Shown piece by piece: positions 18,598 to 28,436 of a stretch of 64,000 nt of DNA (position 1 is its first letter; each line of letters opens with the position of its first letter). Both the position numbers and the translations under genes were made by a program. The stretch spans positions 34,020 through 98,019 of the forward strand of contig CAYNZP010000006.1 of the NCBI GenBank assembly GCA_964401835.1, in the 5' to 3' direction. The notes below the pieces were generated by a model. It had not been told where the DNA came from. It was given only the letters and a program-made list of their open reading frames with translations, and ran no database searches. This DNA comes from an uncultured Planctomycetaceae bacterium (GTDB lineage: Bacteria > Planctomycetota > Phycisphaerae > SM23-33).

Positions 18598-19104
18598 ATG
18601 GCAAAAGAATATAGCGTTAACAAAACGGCTGGGCAGTGTTGTAACTGCGAAAAGCAGCTCGAAGTCGGTGTGGAATTCGTCGCCACGCTGAAAGAAGCGT
18701 CGGAAGAATTTCTTCGCGAAGACTTCTGCCTCTCTTGCTGGGAAAATCACAAAGACAACTGTCAGCCAGGCATGCTTGGCTTTTGGCACAGTAAAGTTGC
18801 ACAGCCGCAGGAAAAGAAAAAGTTATTTGTCGATAACGAGCTTTTAATAAACTTTTTTGAGCGATTGGATGGCTCGGAAGAACCGGCTAAGATTAATTTC
18901 CGTTTCGTTCTGGCTTTGATATTGATGCGAAAAAAATTGCTGGTTTATGAAGGCAGCTCAAAAATGGATGATGGCCGAGACACCTGGACGATGCACCTCA
19001 AGGGCAGCGAGGAAAAACACCAGGTTATCGACCCGAAGATGGACGATGAGAAAATTTCGCAGGTGAGCGAACAACTGAGCGAAATTCTGGAAGGTGAGTT
19101 TTGA
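18598..19104 (+). CDS. hypothetical Cys-rich cytoplasmic protein (CxxC ... CxxC zinc-ribbon-like N-terminus)
   Basis: QCCNCEK ... CLSCWENH. No recognisable family. Lies 9 nt after the FTCD_C gene. Confidence 0.5.
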   Translation: MAKEYSVNKTAGQCCNCEKQLEVGVEFVATLKEASEEFLREDFCLSCWENHKDNCQPGMLGFWHSKVAQPQEKKKLFVDNELLINFFERLDGSEEPAKINFRFVLALILMRKKLLVYEGSSKMDDGRDTWTMHLKGSEEKHQVIDPKMDDEKISQVSEQLSEILEGEF

Positions 19105-20030
19105 TAATCATTCGCAACATCGCGATATCAGCCCTGCTAATTCTGGCGGCGGTTTTCACCGGCTGCGAGTCGACCTGTCCGCCGGCAGAGACCATTATTT
19201 CCCGTCCGCAACTCGTCACGGAATACAACGCCAACGCAGCAGCCGTGCCACGTCTTTGGGCAAGAGCAAAGGTCAAGGTAAGCCTTAAAGGTTTAAGCTG
19301 GGGTTCGACAAGCCCCCTCTCGCCGCCTAACGGCCTGATGCTTTTGGCTAAAGGCAACGACAAACAAGGACCGCACGATTTCCTGCTCAAAGCCGGCGAA
19401 ATGGCTTCTATAGATTTATTCCGCCTGGGCAGCAATACAGAACCCGGCATCTACTATCTCCAATATCAACTTGGCGAGCAGGGCCAAGCCTGGTGGGGCT
19501 GGAATCATCTGGCCGGGGCGCCCGGAGTAGATATTCCAATCGACCCAAATCAGTTACTCGAAGTTTTGGGGATTTTCGAACTGCCAGACGACTTTACCAA
19601 ACTGCCCACAGTCGAAGTGACCATGAGCTGCAATCCGTGTGCTTATGTGCTGACCTATCTCGACACCCAGCCGATAAGCGGCAACATTGGTTTTAAGCGA
19701 GAGGTTTATATCAATTGGGACACAGCAAAACCTCGTCGGCCTTTCATGGTTAACTTCTTCGGCCCGGACGGCAGGAGAATCATGACCGCAAAGTTAAAAG
19801 ATTATAAACCGATCGACACGACCGGAATGGACAATCCGCCGGCAAGCCCGCCAATAATGCCGACCGATATCGAAATAGCTTGGCCGGAAAAGAAGACTTC
19901 CGTCCATATCATGCTATCCGAAATGACCACCGAAGAAAAATGGATGCGAGAGGCCTGCCAATTCAAGCCCGGCAACCTGCCACAGGTGCATGTAGACAGA
20001 GCCTTAATGGACGGAGGCGCAGCTAAGTGA
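19101..20030 (+). CDS. hypothetical lipoprotein
   Basis: Lipobox LLILAAVFTGC. TTG start overlaps the upstream stop (TTGA). No recognisable family. Confidence 0.5.
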   Translation: MIIIRNIAISALLILAAVFTGCESTCPPAETIISRPQLVTEYNANAAAVPRLWARAKVKVSLKGLSWGSTSPLSPPNGLMLLAKGNDKQGPHDFLLKAGEMASIDLFRLGSNTEPGIYYLQYQLGEQGQAWWGWNHLAGAPGVDIPIDPNQLLEVLGIFELPDDFTKLPTVEVTMSCNPCAYVLTYLDTQPISGNIGFKREVYINWDTAKPRRPFMVNFFGPDGRRIMTAKLKDYKPIDTTGMDNPPASPPIMPTDIEIAWPEKKTSVHIMLSEMTTEEKWMREACQFKPGNLPQVHVDRALMDGGAAK

Positions 20031-21646
20031 AAAACCAACGCCTCCTGATTACATTGGCCATACTGGGCATTCTTTTAACTATCCACAGCAGCGCAATTGC
20101 CGGACCGAATTCTCTTATGATCTCAGGCGAAGAAAAAGGTCTGTGGTTAGTCCGCAACAATCTGGCCCAAAATAATTTTGACGTTGTATTCAGGCCGACT
20201 GGCGAAGACTGGAAATGGATAGACAAAGGCCGAACAGGCCGACCGTCAGCCATCACGGCAATTGCTGGCCAGTTGCATGTCCTGCTCGAACCGGCAGGTT
20301 ATCTGATATTTGATCCGAGCTCAAAAAATAAGCCCACACCTTCTCTGACGCCAAATGCGCCGAATTGGCCCGCCGGTGTTGGTGCGTTGGCAGTGTGTGA
20401 CGCAAGCGGTCTGAATGGAAACCAAAACCTTGCTCTTTTGGCTATAGCAGCAATGGAAGAAAAGGTTGATACGGACCAGGTTCGGCAAGTGAAGCTGGGG
20501 GTTTTTGAGTATTCAGACGCCCAATGGCAATTTTTAACACAACTCGACGGCGTCACACTTCAAGCGGATAGTAAAATTCGGGCCGCGACCTTCAAGGGCA
20601 AGCTTTACGTGGCAATTTCTCCTTCCGAGAAAGATAAAAACCGCCTCTTGGTTTGGGATAAAGAAAAATGGCTGGACAAGGACCTGCCCGCCCAAGCCGC
20701 CACGGCAAAAGTGCTGGCCACGATGAACCTCAACGACGACTTGATCATCGCCCTGGCAAATGAGATTTCTCCCGACAAATATAAATTCTCACTCGCTGCC
20801 CTCAGCGACAGCGAAAAATTTATCCTCAAGCCGGTATTCTCTGACGATACAGTGCCGGAGCGAACTTTCGATTTTCCACCACTGGCGGGGAGACTCTCAA
20901 AAAGAATAGCGTTCCTGTGGCAACAGGAAGAAATTTTGGAACTAGCATCATGCGACCTTAACGGCCAAATGGTGATTCCATCGGAAGTGAACATCTTCAA
21001 GAAACCTCCGCTCAAGGGCGGCGGCGAAAAGATATTTGAATACTTCATGTTCGGCCTGATCATTGCGGTTTTTGTCCCGATGTTCGTCATTCGGCCGCGC
21101 AGACCTATTAAACCCCTCACGCTTCCTGAGACAATGAAACCAGCGCACCTTCTCAAAAGGCTCGCGGCAGCTATTATCGACCTGATTCCATTTTTAATCC
21201 TGATGAGCTTAATTTTCCTGTTTTCCCTGCCACCCATACCCGAAGGTGAGTTCGAATACCTTAAGCTTTTTGTTAAGCTTTTATTCACTCAACAAGCAGG
21301 TCCCGCAAGCGCCGCCTATGCGAAAATCGTGGGCATGGTGCTTTATGCGGTTTACTGCATAATCACGGAAAAACTCTTTAATGCCACGCCGGGTAAGATG
21401 CTGCTAAAGCTGCGAGTCGTGGCAGATGAGGGAAACCGGCCTCACCTGAGAGAGATTCTGCTGCGAAATTTTGTCAAGCTGATCGAGCTTTTTCAAATCA
21501 CCTTGCTGCCATTACTGGCTGCTTTTGTAATTATTACACGAAAGCATCAGCGACTCGGTGATATGGTAGCCAGGACGGTTGTTGTCGAAGAGAATAAGAC
21601 CCCTCCCAAAAAACCTCAAAAAAACGACGACAAAGCAAATTCGTAG
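20027..21646 (+). CDS. secreted/periplasmic domain protein with a C-terminal RDD-family membrane domain
   Basis: N-terminal signal peptide and a ~330-aa soluble region. The C-terminus has 3 TM helices with the RDD signature (LKRLAAAIIDLIPFLIL ... RLGDMVARTVVV). GTG start overlaps the upstream stop (GTGA). Confidence 0.6.
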   Translation: MKNQRLLITLAILGILLTIHSSAIAGPNSLMISGEEKGLWLVRNNLAQNNFDVVFRPTGEDWKWIDKGRTGRPSAITAIAGQLHVLLEPAGYLIFDPSSKNKPTPSLTPNAPNWPAGVGALAVCDASGLNGNQNLALLAIAAMEEKVDTDQVRQVKLGVFEYSDAQWQFLTQLDGVTLQADSKIRAATFKGKLYVAISPSEKDKNRLLVWDKEKWLDKDLPAQAATAKVLATMNLNDDLIIALANEISPDKYKFSLAALSDSEKFILKPVFSDDTVPERTFDFPPLAGRLSKRIAFLWQQEEILELASCDLNGQMVIPSEVNIFKKPPLKGGGEKIFEYFMFGLIIAVFVPMFVIRPRRPIKPLTLPETMKPAHLLKRLAAAIIDLIPFLILMSLIFLFSLPPIPEGEFEYLKLFVKLLFTQQAGPASAAYAKIVGMVLYAVYCIITEKLFNATPGKMLLKLRVVADEGNRPHLREILLRNFVKLIELFQITLLPLLAAFVIITRKHQRLGDMVARTVVVEENKTPPKKPQKNDDKANS

Positions 21647-22248
21647 AATCACCAGAAGACCCTTAACTAGAACCTGTTAAGCACACGCCATAAAACCACC
21701 CTGGAATTTTTTGCATAAAAAAGAGGGCGGCTGCCAAGCCAATGCGCGGGGGGAGACGCATCGACAAAGGCGAACCGCCCTCAATATCATGCATAAAAGA
21801 CACTTATACACTTAGAAAATCAAAGTGTCACAATCAGACCGGCCAACCGGAAAGACAGGAAACAAACAGGTGTAACTTATTGCAAACAATGGACTTTCCT
21901 GCTTAATCAAGCCTGAGTTTTGCTTGATCGGCGCTTCTAAAATTAAATAGGGCACCGTTGTGTAGCCGCGTCGAGGCCCGCCAAGGGCCCCCCCCATGGC
22001 ACACACAGACGGTGCCCAATATTGTTACATTGGGTACACCATTCCACGGCGGTCCGGGGAAGCTGATACTTGGCGGTTTTGACGCGGACGCCAAACAAAA
22101 AACCTTAACTCTATTCACTTGTAGGACACATACTCTATCAACCAACACAGAAAGGTCAAGGCTGTTGATGTTAATCCACAAAATTCTTTTGGGGAAAGTT
22201 TGATGGTTTGAAAGAACACGAATCTGACAGAATAAAGATTTTGCCACC

Positions 22249-22281
22249 CAAAATGGCCCGCAGTCTAAAGAGCTGGGGGCC
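22249..22281 (-). terminator. putative intrinsic terminator downstream of ppiB
   Basis: On the minus strand, a GGCCC...GGGCC stem is followed by a short U run (AUUUU). It lies just past the ppiB stop. Confidence 0.4.
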
Positions 22282-22317
22282 ATCGTGAAAGTGTCTGTAA
22301 TTTCTTAATCGAGACCT

Positions 22318-22752
22318 TTATTCCTCAGTTACAGTAACTTTTTCCATAACATCGCCCTGCTCGATAGTATCGACGACATCCTTGCCTTCCAAAACCTTAC
22401 CGAACACGGCATGTTTACCGTCAAGCCAGTCGCATACAACATGGGTGATAAAGAACTGCGAGCCATTTGTGTTCGGGCCTGCGTTGGCCATCGAAAGTAC
22501 ACCCGGGCCATCGTGTTTCAGGTCGGGATGAAATTCATCTTCAAATTTATAGCCAGGCCCGCCGGTTCCGTCACCTTTGGGACATCCGCCCTGGATCATA
22601 AAATCGGGGATAACGCGATGAAACTTCAGGCCGTCATAGAAGCCCTCGCCGGCCAACTTCTCAAAATTCGCACAGGTCTTCGGTGCTTTGTCGTCATGTA
22701 GCTGAATGCGTATGTTGCCTTTTGGAGTAACTATGGTTGCGACTTTCATCAA
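22318..22752 (-). CDS. ppiB: peptidyl-prolyl cis-trans isomerase, cyclophilin type
   Basis: Motifs [12 protein letters not shown] and [11 protein letters not shown]. Confidence 0.9.
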   Translation of the reverse strand: MMKVATIVTPKGNIRIQLHDDKAPKTCANFEKLAGEGFYDGLKFHRVIPDFMIQGGCPKGDGTGGPGYKFEDEFHPDLKHDGPGVLSMANAGPNTNGSQFFITHVVCDWLDGKHAVFGKVLEGKDVVDTIEQGDVMEKVTVTEE

Positions 22753-22884
22753 TTTTCCTTTCGCAAAACTTTTTCAAAATTTTTGCCAAAAAACGCCTTT
22801 CGGTCATTATCCGACTTTCTAGTTATTTTGAATCATACACTTTTCCAACTGGAAATGTCCAATAAGAGACTTAAGATTTAATCC

Positions 22885-23529
22885 ATGGCAACAAATTTAT
22901 GGGAATGGATAAACTCCGACACCGGCCTATTGGCCCGCATATTGACAGGTGTTGTCATATTCTCTGCATTTGCGATTTGGGATATTGCAAAAAACGGCAA
23001 AAACGCCCAGCGTTGGAGGGAGTATATATTCCTTCTTAGTGCCGTTGCGCTAGCTCTGGGTTATGGTATCCTGAACGATCAGGTTACAGTTTCGATCTCC
23101 TGGGAATATTTTCTTTTTGGTAAGGGCTTGGCTGACAAAATCGGCTACGAAATTCCTCCAGATTTCTCCATTTTGCGACTGGAGGCTGTCAAGATCGGAA
23201 TGAAGGCAACCTGGTGGGTAGGATTAATATTGGGTGTAGCCGTTTTGTTTGCCAATAACCCCAGAAGGAAATGTCTGAGGCTTCCTTATCGAAGTCTTTA
23301 CAGCCTTTTACCTTTACCAATTTTAATTGCGACATTATGGGCTGTAGTGCTTGGACTAGCCGGCTGGTTTGGAGCTTATGACGGTTTTATCCAAGCAGAA
23401 TTCATGCGCCCAAGGCACTTCGCCTGTGTATGGGGAATACATATTGGCGGTTATATCGGGGGTTTATTAGGCGGAATTACGACGGTATGGATAATCATTC
23501 GAAAACGATCTGCAAAGGCCTGTAAATAA
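22885..23529 (+). CDS. hypothetical integral membrane protein
   Basis: Multiple hydrophobic helices. No recognisable family. Confidence 0.5.
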   Translation: MATNLWEWINSDTGLLARILTGVVIFSAFAIWDIAKNGKNAQRWREYIFLLSAVALALGYGILNDQVTVSISWEYFLFGKGLADKIGYEIPPDFSILRLEAVKIGMKATWWVGLILGVAVLFANNPRRKCLRLPYRSLYSLLPLPILIATLWAVVLGLAGWFGAYDGFIQAEFMRPRHFACVWGIHIGGYIGGLLGGITTVWIIIRKRSAKACK

Positions 23530-23723
23530 ACCGACGTATTTTCGCCAAAAAAACAATTCCTCTGAAACAAACCCATGTTCTGTGCGTCTAATTAAACAGA
23601 GGATATGAACCTGAGACTTTTTGGGTTTTCCAGGCACACCGCGGCGCTTGGGGATTTCCGGGAGCGCCGCGTGTGCGGGGGGCAAAGACCGTCCCCTTGC
23701 ATGGGCAATAAGGTATGTCAGGA

Positions 23724-24920
23724 TTATTCGGCAGCAGTTTCAGCTTCCAAGGCTTTTTCCTCAACTGGCTGACCTCGGATAATCCGGTAAATATCGGTGT
23801 TATCCAACTGGCCGGAGACTTTTTCTGCATCTGCTCCCCAGCCGTAGAGAGTGACCGGCACAGGTGTGTGGTGGCCATTTTCCCAGGAAACTGTGGGGAA
23901 CTTGTTCTCGCCGTTATTTTTGAGCACCTTCAGACCGCCGGTTTCGTGGTCGGCTGTGACTAATATCAGCGTATCATCTCGCATCTTGGCCCACTGCCAG
24001 GCAACGCTGATAGCGGTATCGAATTCGATAGTCTCAAAGACAGCCGCAGCCAAATCGTTATCGTGGCAGGCATGGTCTATCCGCCCACCCTCAACCAGAA
24101 GGAAAAAGCCATTTTCACTGGCTGATAAAAGCTCCAAAGCTTTAGCCGTCATCTCCGAAAGGTGCGGCAGAGAGTCATAGGCTTTGTCCTGGCCCATCGA
24201 ATAATAAAATTCATACGGCATGTTACCTCTGCCGAACTGACCGCTGACGTGTTTGTCGACACCAGCCTGCAAGGCCTTCAATTGCTCGCGGTTTTCCACA
24301 ACGACATAGCCAGCCGCCCGGGCAGCTTTTTTCGTCATTCCCCCACCATTAGCATCTGCCCCGCCAAAAAGCAGATTCGGCCGCGTGCGAGAAAGGTAAT
24401 CCGATGCAATTTCTGAATAATTCCCTCGGCTGTCGGTATGGGCTCCAAATGCAGCTGGTGTGGCATGTGTAATATAAGCGGTTGTAACCAGCCCTGTCAT
24501 TCTGCCGGCTGCCTTGAATTGCTCCAGTACAGTCTCCAGATCCTTTTCGTCTCCTGGGATCGCCTTGCTTATAACGCCATTGGCAACCTTTTGTCCAGTA
24601 GCCATCGCCGTAGCGGCGGCAGCGGAATCTGTAACCTGTCCTTCAAGTGCGGTGTGATTTGTAACGACAGCTTGATATGGAAACGACTCGAAAAAAAGCG
24701 TCCCTTCCTCCCAGTAAGCAAACATACCGGCGGCCTTGACCTGCTCTGTCCCCATGCCGTCGCCGATAAAAAGGATCACATTTTTCGGTCCTTTGAGTTC
24801 TGTCGAGTCGCCTTTTACGGCCCCGCATCCCGGCAAAAAGGCCAACATCACCAGAATTGACAGGGAAATGATAACTGCAAACCTCTTCCGGCCAGCCCAG
24901 CATTTAAAACGACTCAACAT
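23724..24920 (-). CDS. phoA: alkaline phosphatase (PhoA family), secreted lipoprotein-like
   Basis: ILFIGDGMGTEQV and the active-site Ser region VTDSAAAATAMATGQK. Signal peptide with a Cys lipobox. Confidence 0.85.
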   Translation of the reverse strand: MLSRFKCWAGRKRFAVIISLSILVMLAFLPGCGAVKGDSTELKGPKNVILFIGDGMGTEQVKAAGMFAYWEEGTLFFESFPYQAVVTNHTALEGQVTDSAAAATAMATGQKVANGVISKAIPGDEKDLETVLEQFKAAGRMTGLVTTAYITHATPAAFGAHTDSRGNYSEIASDYLSRTRPNLLFGGADANGGGMTKKAARAAGYVVVENREQLKALQAGVDKHVSGQFGRGNMPYEFYYSMGQDKAYDSLPHLSEMTAKALELLSASENGFFLLVEGGRIDHACHDNDLAAAVFETIEFDTAISVAWQWAKMRDDTLILVTADHETGGLKVLKNNGENKFPTVSWENGHHTPVPVTLYGWGADAEKVSGQLDNTDIYRIIRGQPVEEKALEAETAAE

Positions 24921-24996
24921 AGTTCTCCTTGTCTGATTACAGGTTTGATGGTATTTTGCTTTATTCTCTTGGGTAATTGCAAGGAGAACCAGAAGT

Positions 24997-25557
24997 ATGA
25001 GTATAAAAGCAATCGAACTTCGTCGCGGGATGGCAGTTAATTACAAGGACGGAATCTGGGTCTGCCAGGAAAACGAAAAGGTCGCAAAGGGCAAGGGTCA
25101 GAGCTATCAGTCAATTTCCCTGAAGAATATCAAGACTGGCCAACTAATAAACGAAAGATTCCGCACGACAGCGGATTTTGAACAGGCAATCGTTGACCGC
25201 AAGCAGATGGAATACCTCTATTCCGACGGTTCGAATCATATTGTCATGGACAACGAATCATATGAGCAGTTCGAGCTGCCTGCCGAGTTAATTGGCGATA
25301 AGTCTGTCTACCTGACCGAAAATATCCAGATTGAGGTAACTTTCGTGGAAGGTCAGGCAGTCTCAGCAGAGTTACCCAATACTGTCGAGTTGGAAGTCGA
25401 AGATACGCCGCCCCAGGTCAAAGGGGCTACAGCTACAAACCAGCTTAAAGACGCCATCTGTGTCGGCGGTGCCAGGATAAAGGTTCCACCTTTTGTCGAA
25501 AATAGTGAAAAGGTCAAAGTCGACACGCGAACTGGCGATTATCTCGGCCGAGCCTGA
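24997..25557 (+). CDS. efp: elongation factor P
   Basis: KGKGQSYQSISLKNIKTGQ in the EF-P KOW domain. SD AAGGAGA upstream. Confidence 0.9.
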   Translation: MSIKAIELRRGMAVNYKDGIWVCQENEKVAKGKGQSYQSISLKNIKTGQLINERFRTTADFEQAIVDRKQMEYLYSDGSNHIVMDNESYEQFELPAELIGDKSVYLTENIQIEVTFVEGQAVSAELPNTVELEVEDTPPQVKGATATNQLKDAICVGGARIKVPPFVENSEKVKVDTRTGDYLGRA

Positions 25558-25588
25558 TTTTGAACCCCTAACAAAAACCTCCCGCGGA

Positions 25589-25841
25589 CGCGACGCCTGA
25601 TTTTTTGCTCGCAGACAAGGAGCGAGGAGGATACGATGCTTGTGGCATCATTGACGACGAGCGACGCCGTATGCGGACAAAAGGGCGGCGTCCCGAAGGG
25701 TTTTGCCGAAAATCGGCGTCTGCGGTGTTGCGGCTTCTCGCCATACCATCAAGGTATGGCATCGTCGCCGACGCCTTGCAGCCATCCGATTTCGGGCAAA
25801 ACGCGGCTAGCGCGAGATTTTTGTTTGGGGCTCTTGAAAAA
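25589..25841 (+). repeat. conserved ~250-nt intergenic element, copy B (paralogue of 14402-14650); it ends 4 nt before the kdsB ATG
   Basis: Aligns with copy A end to end and has the same hairpin (GCCATACC-ATCAA-GGTATGGC). The ORF-track N-terminal extension of kdsB (25605-25841) runs through it. That extension is considered non-coding because nucleotides, not amino acids, are conserved between copies. Confidence 0.6.
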
Positions 25842-26576
25842 ATGAGCACTATCGCGATAATTCCTGCACGCTACGCGTCAACTCGCCTGCCGGGCAAGCC
25901 CCTGCTGGACGAGACCGGAAAGACGCTGATCCAGCATGTGGTCGAAAACGCGAAACAATCCGCCAGCCTCGATCGCATTATCGTCGCGACCGACGATGAT
26001 CGCATTTTCAAAGCTGTCGAAACTTTTGGTGGCGAAGCCGTGATGACCGGCCAGTCCTGCAGGACCGGCACCGACCGGCTGGCTGAAGCTGCCCAAAAAC
26101 TCCAACTCGCACCAGACGACTTTATCGTCAACGTTCAGGGCGATGAACCGGACATCCCTCCTGCCTGCATCGATGAGCTGGTTAATCTGATTACAAGCTC
26201 CCAAGCCCCAATGGCCACGCTGGCAACCCATCTGCCAAATGACCAGGCTGGCGACCCGAACAAGGTAAAGGTCGTTCTGAACGGCAGCTCCAACGCCCTG
26301 TACTTCTCGCGTGCAAAGATCCCCCACCCGCGCGACGAAGAGGAAGTTACTTATCTTCTCCATCTCGGTATTTACGCTTACCGGGCTGAGTTTCTCCAGC
26401 AATTCACCACCCTGCCGTCAACACCGGCTGAGCAGGTGGAAAAACTCGAGCAACTTCGGGCCCTCGAGCATGGTTACAAAATCGCCGTAGCTGTCGTCGA
26501 ATACGAAGGAGGCGGCATAGACACACCCGAAGATTACGCGGAATTCGTCGATAAAATAAAAAATTTCCCAAAGTAA
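25842..26576 (+). CDS. kdsB: 3-deoxy-manno-octulosonate cytidylyltransferase (CMP-Kdo synthetase)
   Basis: IAIIPARYASTRLPGKPL ... VATDDDRI ... QGDEP. ~244 aa from the ATG at 25842. Confidence 0.85.
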   Translation: MSTIAIIPARYASTRLPGKPLLDETGKTLIQHVVENAKQSASLDRIIVATDDDRIFKAVETFGGEAVMTGQSCRTGTDRLAEAAQKLQLAPDDFIVNVQGDEPDIPPACIDELVNLITSSQAPMATLATHLPNDQAGDPNKVKVVLNGSSNALYFSRAKIPHPRDEEEVTYLLHLGIYAYRAEFLQQFTTLPSTPAEQVEKLEQLRALEHGYKIAVAVVEYEGGGIDTPEDYAEFVDKIKNFPK

Positions 26577-26716
26577 ATACGGAGCACTTACCGCGGCAAC
26601 TGTTTACTACAGTTGCCCCACGGTTGTCCGTAAAAAATTAAAAAAAACTCAAATTTGAATAAATGATACAACACTGCTCTTGTATAGGAGCGGAATATTC
26701 TGTAAATTTGGGGCCC

Positions 26717-28435
26717 ATGAGCAAAGCCATGGATTTATTGCGATCTGTAAAGGACCGCACAGACGAAACGGAATTCTACACCCCCCTTCCCGACGGATAT
26801 AAGGTCGGGTCCACCAAATACGTCGTTGTTCTCGGTACGGTCATGAGCGGACTCGGTAAAGGGATATTCTCTAGCAGTCTGGCCAAGATTCTAAAAGACA
26901 AAGGGCTGAATGTATCCGCAATTAAACTAGAGGGTTATCTCAATATCGACTCGGGAACACTCAATCCATTTCGCCACGGCGAGGTATTCGTCCTCGACGA
27001 CGGTATGGAAACCGACATGGACCTGGGCACCTACGAACGAATGCTGGATCAGGACCTAAGCCGGGCCAATTTCGCCACGAGCGGCCAAATTTTCTCGTCC
27101 ATCCTCACCAAGGAACGCGCCGGCAGCTATCTTGGCAGAGATGTCCAGATGATTCCGCACGTTACCGGAGAGGTCAAGCTTCGCCTGCGGGAGTTAGCTG
27201 TTAAAGACAAAGCCGACGTTGTCTTCGTTGAAGTCGGAGGCACGGTCGGCGACCTGGAAAATGCATTTTACATCGAAGCACTTCGCGAACTCTTCCATGA
27301 AGAAGGCGAAGGCTCGGTAGTCTTTGTCGCCCTTACCTACATCCTCTCCCCGCCGGCTCTTGGAGAACAGAAGTCAAAGGCAGCCCAGCTGGGCATAAAA
27401 AGGCTGATGGAATGCGGCATCCAGCCGGACATAATCGCCTGCCGTGCAGAGTCCAAGGTTACAGATAAGGTCCGCCAGAAGATATCGGTCTACACAAACG
27501 TTCCGATGGAACGCGTATTTTCAATGCACGACCTTCCGAGTATCTATCTGCTGCCCGAAATTATGCGAGAAGGCGGCATAGATAACGAAGTTGTCCAGCT
27601 TCTGAGTCTAGGCGGGAAGGTTAACTCCGCACAAGATGCACGAGCAGCCCAGCAGTGGTCAAAATTCGCTTCAAAGATTGGCAAGGCCAAAAAAACGGTT
27701 TCTATCGGCATTACGGGCAAATACACATCTCTGCGTGACAGCTACGCCAGCATAATCAAGGCACTTGAACACGCAGGAGTCGCCAACAACGCCAACGTCG
27801 AAGTCAAATGGATAGATACGACCGACATTACCGACAAAAACGCAGCCCAGGTGTTGGCCAGCGTCGATGGAATTATCGTGCCCGGCGGTTTTGGTGTCCG
27901 TGGTACGGCAGGCAAGATTGCGTGCATAAGGTATGCACGTGAAAAAAAAATGCCCTATCTGGGAATCTGCCTGGGCTTCCAGATGGCTGTTATCGAGTTT
28001 GCCCGTAGCGTTTGCGGCCTAGCCGATGCCGACAGCACGGAAATCAAACCAGATTGCAAAAACCCGGTCATAGATATCCTCCCTGAGCAGAAAAAGATCG
28101 AAGGTTTGGGCGGAAATATGCGTCTGGGCGGACAGGATATCGAACTCACTGCCGGTACGATGGCGAGCGAGATGTTTGACAATGAGAAAAACATACGTAT
28201 GCGTTTCAGACATCGTTATGAAGTTGATCCGAAGTACATTGAGACCCTGGAAAAGGCGGGCTTGATTTTCTCAGGCCGCCATCCGGAGCATCCTATAATG
28301 CAGATACTCGAACTACCGCGCGACCAGCACCCATACTTCGTCGGCACGCAGGCACATCCGTGCCTGACAAGCAGGCCCCTGCGGCCCCAGCCGATGTTCG
28401 TCGAACTCGTCGCAGCAGCACTCAAGGGAAAGTAA
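26717..28435 (+). CDS. pyrG: CTP synthase (glutamine hydrolysing)
   Basis: KYVVVLGTVMSGLGKGIFSSSLA ... GEVFVLDDGMETDMDLGTYER. GATase domain GICLGFQMAVIEFAR. The N-terminus is ~30 aa longer than typical. Confidence 0.9.
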   Translation: MSKAMDLLRSVKDRTDETEFYTPLPDGYKVGSTKYVVVLGTVMSGLGKGIFSSSLAKILKDKGLNVSAIKLEGYLNIDSGTLNPFRHGEVFVLDDGMETDMDLGTYERMLDQDLSRANFATSGQIFSSILTKERAGSYLGRDVQMIPHVTGEVKLRLRELAVKDKADVVFVEVGGTVGDLENAFYIEALRELFHEEGEGSVVFVALTYILSPPALGEQKSKAAQLGIKRLMECGIQPDIIACRAESKVTDKVRQKISVYTNVPMERVFSMHDLPSIYLLPEIMREGGIDNEVVQLLSLGGKVNSAQDARAAQQWSKFASKIGKAKKTVSIGITGKYTSLRDSYASIIKALEHAGVANNANVEVKWIDTTDITDKNAAQVLASVDGIIVPGGFGVRGTAGKIACIRYAREKKMPYLGICLGFQMAVIEFARSVCGLADADSTEIKPDCKNPVIDILPEQKKIEGLGGNMRLGGQDIELTAGTMASEMFDNEKNIRMRFRHRYEVDPKYIETLEKAGLIFSGRHPEHPIMQILELPRDQHPYFVGTQAHPCLTSRPLRPQPMFVELVAAALKGK

Positions 28436-28436
28436 G

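Noticed and set aside
23530-23723. GC-rich inverted repeats (CGCGGCGC...GCGCCGCG; GGGG...CCCC) downstream of phoA as a terminator
   Set aside because: The hairpins are real, but no U-run follows on the phoA strand. This may be a rho-dependent end or a protein-binding palindrome. The evidence is insufficient to call a feature.
25605-25841. 80-aa N-terminal extension fused to KdsB in the six-frame track, and the alternative ORF 25636-25845
   Set aside because: It lies entirely inside the duplicated structured element. The two copies conserve nucleotides and stems but give unrelated peptides.
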